Shown here one piece after another: positions 51,885 to 61,685 of a stretch of DNA of 64,000 nt (within the stretch, counting starts at the first letter, position 1; each line of letters opens with the position of its first letter). The stretch comes from Trypanosoma brucei. Its lineage: Eukaryota. The position numbers and the translations under genes are program-made. The notes under the pieces are model-generated. The model saw only the letters and a list, made by a program, of their open reading frames with translations. It had not been told where the DNA came from and ran no database searches. The stretch is taken from contig CH464491.1 in NCBI GenBank assembly GCA_000002445.1, positions 2,368,001 through 2,432,000 of the forward strand, written 5' to 3'.

Positions 51885-53069
51885 ATGGCTAACGTTAATA
51901 ACGAGACCACCGAATGTGGTGCATTGCTTTCGAATATCACTTCCCTACAGACGACGCTAACGTCTATGGGATGCCAAGTGCCCGCCTTGCATCATCACAC
52001 GCATGACCACGGCCACCATCACCATCATCATCATCATGACGATCACACCCACGGAGCGGACGACCACGAAGGTCACGGGCACAGTCACGGCGGGTGTGAA
52101 AGTGGTCATGGCACGTATTCCATTGGACTGCATGTTGTGGCGATCTTTGTTGTGTTGATTGCGTCGTTTCTGGGCACGCTGATACCGATAATCGGAAAGT
52201 ACGTGCCGGCACTGCGGCTTCCTCCGTTTGTGTTTGTCCTTGGCAAGTGCATTGCAGCTGGAGTGCTACTGTCAGTGTCGACTATCCACATGATTAATGA
52301 AGCTGTAGCGCAGCTACAGGAAGATTGTGTTCCGGAGTCGTTTCGCGAATCATATGAGGCATATGCATTTCTGTTTGCTGTGGCTGGAGCGTTGCTGTTG
52401 CACATGGTGGACGTCATTGTTGACGCACGTGTGACAAACAAGAGCGATTCCAGCACCAACAAACCTGAGGGTCAACCCGATGCCGAAGAAGCTCAAGCGG
52501 CCCCGGCCGCTCTTGATGCGTACGATGGTCATCACTGCCACTACGCTGTCGGCATGCCACAGTCGAGGACCAGACGCCTCGTCTCTGCAATGTTTATGGA
52601 GTTTGCGGTAACTGTGCACAGTGTGTTCATTGGGCTGGCAGTCGGTATCGCAAGGGATGCGGAGACCAAAACTTTACTTGTGGCTCTGGTTTTTCATCAG
52701 ATGTTGGAGGGCCTTGCTCTGGGCGCGCGTCTGGTGGATGCAGAGTTGAGCTTGAAGCTTGAAATGCTGTTTGCACTACTCTTCTCTGTCTCTGCGCCCC
52801 TGGGCACCGCAATTGCCGTTGGCACGATTGCGATTTGGAATGTGTCGATGGTAGGAACCGCGTTCGTGATTACACAGGCGGTCACCAGTGCTGTGTGTGG
52901 TGGGATGCTGCTGTACCTTGCTTTCTGCCTCATGTTGAGTGACTTCCCATCGGATATGCAGAAACATGCTGGGAAGGATAAGGTAAGGCGTTTCTTCAGA
53001 TGCTTTGGGATGTTTGCGGCTCTTTGGTTTGGCGCTGCGTTAATGGCCTTTATCGGAAAGTGGATCTAA
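51885..53069 (+). CDS. ZIP-family metal transporter, array copy 2 (type A 5' part, type-B-like 3' end)
   Basis: 394 aa, >98% identical to copy 1. C-terminus reads WFGAALMAFIGKWI like copies 3/4, not WLGAALMAVLGKWV as in copy 1. Confidence 0.9.
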   Translation: MANVNNETTECGALLSNITSLQTTLTSMGCQVPALHHHTHDHGHHHHHHHHDDHTHGADDHEGHGHSHGGCESGHGTYSIGLHVVAIFVVLIASFLGTLIPIIGKYVPALRLPPFVFVLGKCIAAGVLLSVSTIHMINEAVAQLQEDCVPESFRESYEAYAFLFAVAGALLLHMVDVIVDARVTNKSDSSTNKPEGQPDAEEAQAAPAALDAYDGHHCHYAVGMPQSRTRRLVSAMFMEFAVTVHSVFIGLAVGIARDAETKTLLVALVFHQMLEGLALGARLVDAELSLKLEMLFALLFSVSAPLGTAIAVGTIAIWNVSMVGTAFVITQAVTSAVCGGMLLYLAFCLMLSDFPSDMQKHAGKDKVRRFFRCFGMFAALWFGAALMAFIGKWI

Positions 53070-53954
53070 GCACCCACTGTTCATGTGTGTGCCAATGGAT
53101 TGCCCACTTCATTTTCTGTTTTCCTCGTACTCTTTTTCCAGCCCCCTTTTTCAGTTGTAATGATGCTCCCGCACGTGTGTTGCGTGGTCCGGTGAGCCAT
53201 TGTGCCCTACCTGTTGCATGCGTTAGAGTTGTTCTTGAGGTGTGCTTGTGCATGTACATACATATATGTATATGTATATATACGTGTGTGTGCTTAGTAC
53301 ATGTTTCCAAACATCTACCCTGCCTTCAGGAGGGACCCGCACGAGTACATACATGAGCAAATGTGCTCCGTTTTTTTGTTTTATAACATACAACTGTACT
53401 ACAAAGTTCAACTCAGTATACCTAAATTTCAGTGTTTTTTTTATTGTCAACGTTTTTTTCTCGTTTTAGCAATGCCCACCATCCTCGTTGTTACTCTACC
53501 GTGCTGGTGCGGGGGACGAAGCTGCAGACGCGTGGTGTACGAATATATGCATGCGTATGGATGTGTGTGCATGTGTTTCTGTGTGCGTCAATGCGCGTTT
53601 GAGTGTCTGCCTGCGCGTATATTTAAATAGTGATTTAGCGGATATCTGACTGTAGAGGGTACGACGGACGGGCTTATTTTTTACATCATATTTGTAGTCG
53701 TTTTTGTCGTTTTTCAATTATTTTTTGTTTTTTAAAAATATTCTTACAACATTTGTGTCTATGTACGCTCTCGCTAAGCATTCCTTCTTACCCTTTTTGC
53801 CCATTGATTCTTTTTCTATGTTTGCCGTCCCTTTTTCACCTTTTTCTTTTTGGTGTGTGTAGATACCATAAAGTGACAGTCAGGTTTCGGTTGGTGCTGC
53901 CTTAGCTAATCTCAGCAAAAACACACTTCCTCTTTTTGTGATACAGTCAGAGCG

Positions 53955-55106
53955 ATGGCTAACGTTAATAACGAGACCACCGAATGTGGTGCATTGCTTT
54001 CGAATATCACTTCCCTACAGACGACGCTAACGTCTATGGGATGCCAAGTGCCCGTCTTGCATCATCATCATCGTGACAATCACACCCACGGAGTGGTCGA
54101 CGATGGAATTGATGGAGACACTCACGGCGGGTGTGAAAGTGGTCATGGCACGTATTCCATTGGACTGCATGTTGTGGCGATCTTTGTTGTGTTGATTGCG
54201 TCGTTTCTGGGCACGCTGATACCGATAATCGGAAAGTACGTGCCGGCACTGCGGCTTCCTCCGTTTGCGCTTGTCCTTGGCAAGTGCATTGCAGCTGGAG
54301 TGCTACTGTCAGTGTCGACTATCCACATGATTAATGAATCTATTTTACAGCTACAGGAAGATTGTGTTCCGGAGTCGTTTCGCGAATCATATGAGGCATA
54401 TGCATTTCTGTTTGCTGTGGCTGGAGCGTTGTTAATGCAGATGGTGGACGTAATTGTGGATAAATATGTGACAAATAAGAGCGATTCCAGCACCAACAAA
54501 CCTGAGGGTCAACCCGATGCCGAAGAAGCTCAAGCGGCCCCGGCTGCTCTTGATGCGTACGATGGTCATCACTGCCACTACGCTGTCGGCATGCCACAGT
54601 CGAGGACTAAACGTCTCGTCGCTGCAATGTTTATGGAGTTTGCGGTAACTGTGCACAGTGTGTTTGTCGGGCTGGCAGTCGGTATCGCAAGGGATGCGGA
54701 GACCAAAACTTTACTTGTGGCTCTGGTTTTTCATCAGATGTTGGAGGGCCTTGCTCTGGGTGCGCGTCTGGTGGATGCAGAGTTGAGCTTGAAGCTTGAA
54801 ATGCTGTTTGCACTACTCTTCTCTGTCTCTGCGCCCCTGGGCACCGCAATTGCCGTTGGCACGATTGCGATTTGGAATGTGTCGATGGTAGGAACCGCGT
54901 TCGTGATTACACAGGCGGTCACCAGTGCTGTGTGTGGTGGGATGCTGCTGTACCTTGCTTTCTGCCTCATGTTGAGTGACTTCCCATCGGATATGCAGAA
55001 ACATGCTGGGAAGGATAAGGTAAGGCGTTTCTTCAGATGCTTTGGGATGTTTGCGGCTCTTTGGTTTGGCGCTGCGTTAATGGCCTTTATCGGAAAGTGG
55101 ATCTAA
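53955..55106 (+). CDS. ZIP-family metal transporter, array copy 3 (type B, short His tract)
   Basis: 383 aa. N-terminal HHHHRDNHTHGVVDDGIDGDTHGG replaces the long His tract. The rest is collinear with copies 1/2. Confidence 0.9.
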   Translation: MANVNNETTECGALLSNITSLQTTLTSMGCQVPVLHHHHRDNHTHGVVDDGIDGDTHGGCESGHGTYSIGLHVVAIFVVLIASFLGTLIPIIGKYVPALRLPPFALVLGKCIAAGVLLSVSTIHMINESILQLQEDCVPESFRESYEAYAFLFAVAGALLMQMVDVIVDKYVTNKSDSSTNKPEGQPDAEEAQAAPAALDAYDGHHCHYAVGMPQSRTKRLVAAMFMEFAVTVHSVFVGLAVGIARDAETKTLLVALVFHQMLEGLALGARLVDAELSLKLEMLFALLFSVSAPLGTAIAVGTIAIWNVSMVGTAFVITQAVTSAVCGGMLLYLAFCLMLSDFPSDMQKHAGKDKVRRFFRCFGMFAALWFGAALMAFIGKWI

Positions 55107-55991
55107 GCACCCACTGTTCATGTGTGTGCCAATGGATTGCCCACTTCATTTTCTGTTTTCCTCGTACTCTTTTTCCAGCCCCCTTTTTCAGTTGTAATGA
55201 TGCTCCCGCACGTGTGTTGCGTGGTCCGGTGAGCCATTGTGCCCTACCTGTTGCATGCGTTAGAGTTGTTCTTGAGGTGTGCTTGTGCATGTACATACAT
55301 ATATGTATATGTATATATACGTGTGTGTGCTTAGTACATGTTTCCAAACATCTACCCTGCCTTCAGGAGGGACCTGCACGAGTACATACATGAGCAAATG
55401 TGCTCCGTTTTTTTGTTTTATAACATACAACTGTACTACAAAGTTCAACTCAGTATACCTAAATTTCAGTGTTTTTTTTATTGTCAACGTTTTTTTCTCG
55501 TTTTAGTAATGCCCACCATCCTCGTTGTTACTCTACCGTGCTGGTGCGGGGGACGAAGCTGCAGACGCGTGGTGTACGAATATATGCATGCGTATGGATG
55601 TGTGTGCATGTGTTTCTGTGTGCGTCAATGCGCGTTTGAGTGTCTGCCTGCGCGTATATTTAAATAGTGATTTAGCGGATATCTGACTGTAGAGGGTACG
55701 ACGGACGGGCTTATTTTTTACATCATATTTGTAGTCGTTTTTGTCGTTTTTCAATTATTTTTTGTTTTTTAAAAATATTCTTACAACATTTGTGTCTATG
55801 TACGCTCTCGCTAAGCATTCCTTCTTACCCTTTTTGCCCATTGATTCTTTTTCTATGTTTGCCGTCCCTTTTTCACCTTTTTCTTTTTGGTGTGTGTAGA
55901 TACCATAAAGTGACAGTCAGGTTTCGGTTGGTGCTGCCTTAGCTAATCTCAGCAAAAACACACTTCCTCTTTTTGTGATACAGTCAGAGCG

Positions 55992-57155
55992 ATGGCTAAC
56001 GTTAATAACGAGACCACCGAATGTGGTGCATTGCTTTCGAATATCACTTCCCTACAGACGACGCTAACGTCTATGGGATGCCAAGTGCCCGCCTTGCATC
56101 ATCATCATCGTGACAATCACACCCACGGAGTGGTCGACGATGGAATTGATGGAGACACTCACGGCGGGTGTGAAAGTGGTCATGGCACGTATTCCATTGG
56201 ACTGCATGTTGTGGCGATCTTTGTTGTGTTGATTGCGTCGTTTCTGGGCACGCTGATACCGATAATCGGAAAGTACGTGCCGGCACTGCGGCTTCCTCCG
56301 TTTGCGCTTGTCCTTGGCAAGTGCATTGCAGCTGGAGTGCTACTGTCAGTGTCGACGATCCACATGATTAATGAATCTATTTTACAGCTACAGGAAGATT
56401 GTGTTCCGGAGTCGTTTCGCGAATCATATGAGGCATATGCATTTCTGTTTGCTGTGGCTGGAGCGTTGCTGTTGCACATGGTGGACGTCCTTTCTGGTTT
56501 TTGTGTTCGTCGGGATGAAATGGTTTATAGTGATACTTCGGCAGTTGTTCCGCATGAGGTTATCGATGCCGAAGAAGCTCAAGCGGCCCCGGCTGCTCTT
56601 GATGCGTACGATGGTCATCACTGCCACTACGCTGTCGGCATGCCACAGTCGAGGACTAAACGTCTTTTTTCTGCAATGTTTATGGAGTTTGCGGTAACTG
56701 TGCACAGTGTGTTTGTCGGGCTGGCAGTCGGTATCGCAAGGGATGCGGAGACCAAAACTTTACTTGTGGCTCTGGTTTTTCATCAGATGTTGGAGGGCCT
56801 TGCTCTGGGCGCGCGTCTGGTGGATGCAGAGTTGAGCTTGAAGCTTGAAATGCTGTTTGCACTACTCTTCTCTGTCTCTGCGCCCCTGGGCACCGCAATT
56901 GCCGTTGGCACGATTGCGATTTGGAATGTGTCGATGGTAGGAACCGCGTTCGTGATTACACAGGCGGTCACCAGTGCTGTGTGTGGTGGGATGCTGCTGT
57001 ACCTTGCTTTCTGCCTCATGTTGAGTGACTTCCCATCGGATATGCAGAAACATGCTGGGAAGGATAAGGTAAGACGTTTCTTCAGATGCTTTGGGATGTT
57101 TGCGGCTCTTTGGCTTGGCGCTGCGTTAATGGCCTTTATTGGAAAATGGATCTAA
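55992..57155 (+). CDS. ZIP-family metal transporter, array copy 4 (type B with replaced TM3-TM4 loop segment)
   Basis: 387 aa. As copy 3, but loop segment VIVDKYVTNKSDSSTNKPEGQPD is replaced by LSGFCVRRDEMVYSDTSAVVPHEVID (77 nt vs 65 nt, in frame). Confidence 0.9.
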   Translation: MANVNNETTECGALLSNITSLQTTLTSMGCQVPALHHHHRDNHTHGVVDDGIDGDTHGGCESGHGTYSIGLHVVAIFVVLIASFLGTLIPIIGKYVPALRLPPFALVLGKCIAAGVLLSVSTIHMINESILQLQEDCVPESFRESYEAYAFLFAVAGALLLHMVDVLSGFCVRRDEMVYSDTSAVVPHEVIDAEEAQAAPAALDAYDGHHCHYAVGMPQSRTKRLFSAMFMEFAVTVHSVFVGLAVGIARDAETKTLLVALVFHQMLEGLALGARLVDAELSLKLEMLFALLFSVSAPLGTAIAVGTIAIWNVSMVGTAFVITQAVTSAVCGGMLLYLAFCLMLSDFPSDMQKHAGKDKVRRFFRCFGMFAALWLGAALMAFIGKWI

Positions 57156-57297
57156 ATCTAAATTGTTTTGTGAATTTGTGTATATTTTAAATTCCTGTTT
57201 TTTTCTTTGTCTTTTTCTTTGTCTTTTTCTATGTTGCTTTTTTTTTTTGTTTTTCTTTTTTGTTTTTTTTTTAATGTTAGGTTTTTTATTGTCCACT

Positions 57298-57639
57298 ATG
57301 TCCCGTGTCCCTATTAGCGAAGAACAGGCACAACAGTTGCTGATGAAGCAACAAGCGCAGGAGGAAAAGCAGGAAGCAATGAGAGAACAGAAAGAAAGTA
57401 TTTTGCGCGCCGTTGTGTCTGCTGAAGGAAGGGAACGCCTGACCCGACTGAGTCAGGTGAAAGCTGATCGTGCAACAGCTGTGGAATCTTATATCATACA
57501 AGCTGTTCGCCAAGGCAAGCTACAACCGCCCGTTTCTGATGAAATGGTGCGGGAAATTCTTGAACAAATGTCTTCTCAGTCAGCGGAATCCAAGAGCAAT
57601 ATTGTGTTTGCCCGGAAACGCATGGATGACGATTGGTGA
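57298..57639 (+). CDS. PDCD5: PDCD5/TFAR19-family protein (programmed cell death protein 5 homologue)
   Basis: Start at Met 57298 inside a longer low-complexity ORF. ILRAVVSAEGRERLTRLSQVKADRATAVESYIIQAVRQGKLQPPVSDEMVREILEQMS matches remembered PDCD5 ([50 protein letters not shown]). About 113 aa. Confidence 0.75.
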   Translation: MSRVPISEEQAQQLLMKQQAQEEKQEAMREQKESILRAVVSAEGRERLTRLSQVKADRATAVESYIIQAVRQGKLQPPVSDEMVREILEQMSSQSAESKSNIVFARKRMDDDW

Positions 57640-58454
57640 TTGGTTGTTTGGTCGTTTGGTTGGTGGCGTACATTTCTGTTTTATTAGGATTTTAATTTTG
57701 TAGTCTTTCTTAAGGTTTGTGTCCCCTATGTCTGGGTTTCATTTTTTTTTTTTACCCGACGAACTGTGCTGATGTCTCATGCTTTTGGGAATTCTTTTAG
57801 GTAATTATTCTGCTGATTTATTAGATAATGTTCCACGTCGTTGTTTCCCTCGTCCCTTACCACTTCTATTCTCTGCATCCCTCCATTGTGTTTCGTGGTT
57901 ATTCACTTATTTGCGTGTTAAGGTGGTAGTAGTTTTTTTTTCGGTTTGTTTTGTGGTTCAGGGTGTTGCCTGCATCCGTGCACTGGTGTGATGTGATTCG
58001 CGTGTGGTTGTGGGCTTGTGGATTGAAGGTGTGACAGAGTGGTGTTTTGCGTCCCGCTGCTTTTTATGTGTCTGCGTTGGACCATGCAGCTCTTTTATTT
58101 CTTGTGGTGGGGGCTGATGTCGGAAGGAAGCTGCCGTTTCTCGTTTCGAACCGGGCTTTGAGAGAGGCCGGGGCGCTGGTGTGGAATGAAGTGTTCTGGT
58201 GTTCTTTGGGACCTGCAAGATACCAAGAGGAGTGCGGCTGTGTTAATTCGCACTTAATTATTACTGTTTCTTAAGCTAGTTTTGTACAGGGTCACTTGCT
58301 GTTGCGTTTAAACGGTATTTGAACTCTCCTTTTCTGATCGTACATATTCATGGGAAGGGGAGGGGCGCTGAGAGAATCGTATTTGAGGTAATAGAAAGTG
58401 GTGAAGTGAAGGAAGCAGGAAAATACAGCGGAAAAACAGAGAGAGCGCTTAATA

Positions 58455-59648
58455 ATGCCTAAGCGCCACCGTCAGCCTGACGCTAGTTTTCTCACACCTC
58501 CGTCACATGCTTACTTGGAGCAAGTCATTGAGGACTACGGTGACTGCCACGAGGATTCGGACAGCTGTGCTAGTAACGAGTTCTTCAGCCGCAGGATGGG
58601 GGACGATGGAAACCATTCTTCTTCGGTAGCTAGCCTTACTGACTGTGATGCCACGTCATCTGACGCGAGCAGCGTCGATGACGATGAAGCGGATAGCGGC
58701 GATGTGACGGTTGTGGATGTTGACTTTGGCGTATTCGATATCAGGGAGCAGGATGTGAATGCCATCATGCACCTCATGGATCAGTTTTGTCCCGATAGGA
58801 TGAATGAGGTAGACCGAGAGGACTTAGGCACTGCGTTTCTGAAGAGCCCTTTCACATGCATTGTGAAGATCAGCAATGATTATGTCTGCAACGATGACAT
58901 CGCCAGCAGTGGGGGTGAGGAAGAGGGGGGAGTAGAGGAGGACGTCTATGGTGTGGCCAGTGTTCTCGACCTTGCTCACGATTCTCGGTTAGGTTCCCTG
59001 CTGAATCTGTTGAAAACTGATGTCTGGCGCACGGTATCCCCAGGGGTTCTCCCAACGGAACTCCTCACAACGCTTGAAGAAAAAACAGGCCGAGCGAAAT
59101 GTGTTTTTCTCGTTGGTGAGTACATTCGCAACGTCCCGCTGGAGTTAACCTCCCATATTCTGACTGACCTCGCAAAACGCTTTGAGGAAACCTTCGGAAG
59201 AAGGGTAGAAGAGAATCTTAAGTCGAAGCAGGGGAAAGACGTAATTCATGCGACGTTCCCCTGTATTTTTGCTGTCCTTTCCAAGATTCAACGGGCGACC
59301 GACAGTCCTAGTGCTGATACAGGTGCCGAGGCATCAGCCGCAGACCGTAAAGAAGGCAGAGATAAATCGTTACCTCAAAAGAGGAAGAAACGAACAGTGA
59401 CTCAACAACATGAGGAGTTGGACATGAAGCGATATGTTTTTTGGCGTGAAGAGGATTCTGTGCTCTACGAGTTCAGGGAGAAACATGTTGCGGTTGTGGC
59501 GTACCGTTGTCGTCCACAATACGACATGCAACCGGAGAACGACATTCCCATATCCATACTCTACGCCATTACATACAAGGGGTTGCAGGAAGCAATAGCT
59601 GAGATAAAGAAACGTGAAACTGCGCGGGCCAGTGTGCTGCATTACTGA
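58455..59648 (+). CDS. BCCIP/Bcp1-like protein (tentative)
   Basis: 397 aa. Acidic N-terminus, then collinear resemblance to remembered BCCIP: DVDFGVFDIREQDVNAIMHLMDQF vs NIEFEAYSLSDNDYDGIKKLLQQLF; VYGVASVLDL vs VFGFISLLNL; VGEYIRNVPLELTSHILTDLAKRF vs SERFINVPPQIALPMYQQLQKEL. Moderate, memory-based. Confidence 0.5.
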   Translation: MPKRHRQPDASFLTPPSHAYLEQVIEDYGDCHEDSDSCASNEFFSRRMGDDGNHSSSVASLTDCDATSSDASSVDDDEADSGDVTVVDVDFGVFDIREQDVNAIMHLMDQFCPDRMNEVDREDLGTAFLKSPFTCIVKISNDYVCNDDIASSGGEEEGGVEEDVYGVASVLDLAHDSRLGSLLNLLKTDVWRTVSPGVLPTELLTTLEEKTGRAKCVFLVGEYIRNVPLELTSHILTDLAKRFEETFGRRVEENLKSKQGKDVIHATFPCIFAVLSKIQRATDSPSADTGAEASAADRKEGRDKSLPQKRKKRTVTQQHEELDMKRYVFWREEDSVLYEFREKHVAVVAYRCRPQYDMQPENDIPISILYAITYKGLQEAIAEIKKRETARASVLHY

Positions 59649-60229
59649 GTTGACGTTGTCAAGGAATTGGGGCTCCTCCTCGATGGTTGAGCGGCCTTTG
59701 CGTTTCCCATCCACTTATGTACGTGGGCGTGTGCCCGTCTGCTTCAACTAACGTCCCTTTTTTAAAAAAATAGAATAGTGACGCGGCTTCAATATTCATA
59801 CCGGAATATTGTGATTGACGAAGCGGCCTTTGGATGTGCGAATGGCTTTCGCTGGGCGCTTGCGATTTGTATATTCCCCCCTCAGTCACTAACTCTCACA
59901 GTCAGGCGTGAATAAACAACAGGAGATTTGCCGCCCATGCGAGCAACTAAGTGGGGAAAGAAGGGAGTTTGGATGCTTAACATTGATCGTGAAGAGCATA
60001 AAAACGAGAACCAAGAAATATTACTGTTATATATATTTTTTCATCCCACTGCCTAGTTTGTCCACCTTCATTTATTTCTCATGTAACTGCGTGCACATGC
60101 ATGCGACTATACTTTTAGTGGCCGCGCCTTGGTGAGAGTTGCAGAACAAGACTGGAGAAGGCAAGTGCTGCAGGCCATCTTTCCAGCATCAGCCCGCTTG
60201 TTGCCTGTGCGTCGAAAAATTGTTTTCCG

Positions 60230-61375
60230 ATGGCATCGGCAGTGGTGGGATTAACCGGTGATGACCTTGTTCAGCGTATACTTATGTCCAAAGGGGAGGC
60301 AGCGATCCTATTCGGCAACAATGCTCTGCTTGAAGAAGGGGCGCTGAAAAAGGCGTATAAGCTCATGGCATTGCGCACCCATCCCGACAAGAATCCTCAT
60401 CCTAGTGCACATGAAGCCTTTCAGTTAGTGCAACAGGCGTTTGAAACGGCACTCAGGCCCCTGCAGTCCAAACCAGATCCACGGGAATCAAAACCAGCCC
60501 CAACATCAGCGAGACCGGCAACTGCAGCAAGGACAGCAAAGCCGCCATCGTCGGCTGGGGGTCCCCCGCCACCACCTTCATGGTGGAAACCCCCAGTGCC
60601 ATCACCGACGACTCCCACAAGCAGCAGTCATTCAGCGAACGATAGTCGAGCTCAACACCGCCGTCCGACAGAGAGTGGTGAACACCGTTCGTTTCGGGAT
60701 GATTTCGCGGAGGTACCGCTACCCCCGGACATCTTCAACAAGTTTGACGGCGACACTTCTCATCCACTGTCACCACCACCATCAGTGGCGAAGCGGGCCA
60801 AACCACTTCCCACTTTTGATGTATCAGGTAGCGACGACGATGGCGTTGAGGCGGAGAAACAAGGGACCTCGCGAGTAAGATCGCATTTTGCTGGGCAGCG
60901 GCAAACACCTGGTTCACACAAACCCGGTGCCAACGGCGGGAAACAGCGGTCAGTTCCTTGTAGTTTAAAGGAGCTTTTCGGGATGTTTGATATATCAGAT
61001 GATGATAATGATGATTTGATTAGTATACCGATTTCCTCTCCTACTGCTGGCGCGTCCCGTCACCCTTCGACGACGCAACCCGCACAAATGCGTGGAAAGC
61101 AATCCACGTTCGGTAGAAGACAAAATGCTTTTACTGCCGACACTCCTAGCAGGGGGCAGAAAAATGTGTCGTGTCCATTTTGCTCAGCGGGGGAGTTCCC
61201 GGCACATGTTGTATCAACTGTGGTGTGTTCTTCTTGCAGTGCTCGCTTTGTGCCCGCTGGTGTAAGGGAAATGAGTACCAGCTCCAAAGGAGTAAGATCC
61301 GGTGCGAAAGCATACCGTGGTGATCTGTGTGCGTGTGGGAAAGCAAGTAAGGGGTCATGTTTTCTTTGTGAGTGA
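60230..61375 (+). CDS. DnaJ (J-domain) protein with Pro/Ser-rich linker and Cys-rich C-terminus
   Basis: J-domain LKKAYKLMALRTHPDKNPHPSAHEAFQLVQQAFE with HPD motif at residues ~30-95. Proline-rich region follows. C-terminal CPFCSAGEF...CSSCSARF...CACGKASKGSCFLC suggests a zinc-binding module. Confidence 0.8.
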   Translation: MASAVVGLTGDDLVQRILMSKGEAAILFGNNALLEEGALKKAYKLMALRTHPDKNPHPSAHEAFQLVQQAFETALRPLQSKPDPRESKPAPTSARPATAARTAKPPSSAGGPPPPPSWWKPPVPSPTTPTSSSHSANDSRAQHRRPTESGEHRSFRDDFAEVPLPPDIFNKFDGDTSHPLSPPPSVAKRAKPLPTFDVSGSDDDGVEAEKQGTSRVRSHFAGQRQTPGSHKPGANGGKQRSVPCSLKELFGMFDISDDDNDDLISIPISSPTAGASRHPSTTQPAQMRGKQSTFGRRQNAFTADTPSRGQKNVSCPFCSAGEFPAHVVSTVVCSSCSARFVPAGVREMSTSSKGVRSGAKAYRGDLCACGKASKGSCFLCE

Positions 61376-61685
61376 GATTTCCCTGCAAAAAAATGTGTTT
61401 GACTTTTTGCTCTTATGGAACAGGTTGCGACACCACTTTTGCTACGTACCTGGTGCCGATTGAGGCTGTAACGCCGGGTATTTACGCCGTTTGGGGCTTT
61501 TTGTTGAAACCTCTATGTCACATGCTGCCTTTTACTGCTTGGTCGATTCTATCTTTGTTGCGGATCCAAACAGTGCTCTTTGTTTTGTTCCCACAATCTT
61601 TCTTTCGCAACAGATATTGTGGTGCATTGGTGGCGATACAAAAAAGTATTGAAAAATATAAATAAAAAAAAATATATTAACATTA

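Larger units (their letters stand above)
48338..57155 (+). repeat. Tandem array of ZIP transporter gene units: 2272-bp type-A units x2, then ~2.04-2.07-kb type-B units x2, preceded by a partial unit
   Basis: Unit boundaries at CDS starts 49613, 51885, 53955 and 55992. The ORF track repeats the same spurious ORFs at fixed offsets. Intergenic segments 48526-49612 and 50798-51884 are near identical. The type-B intergenic is ~200 bp shorter with a diverged middle part. Confidence 0.9.

Noticed and set aside
57139-57297. N-terminal extension of the PDCD5-like ORF (MENGSKSKLFCEFVYILNSCFFLCLFLC...)
   Set aside because: It is translation of a poly-T/pyrimidine intergenic tract (poly-Phe/Leu). PDCD5 homology starts at Met 57298.
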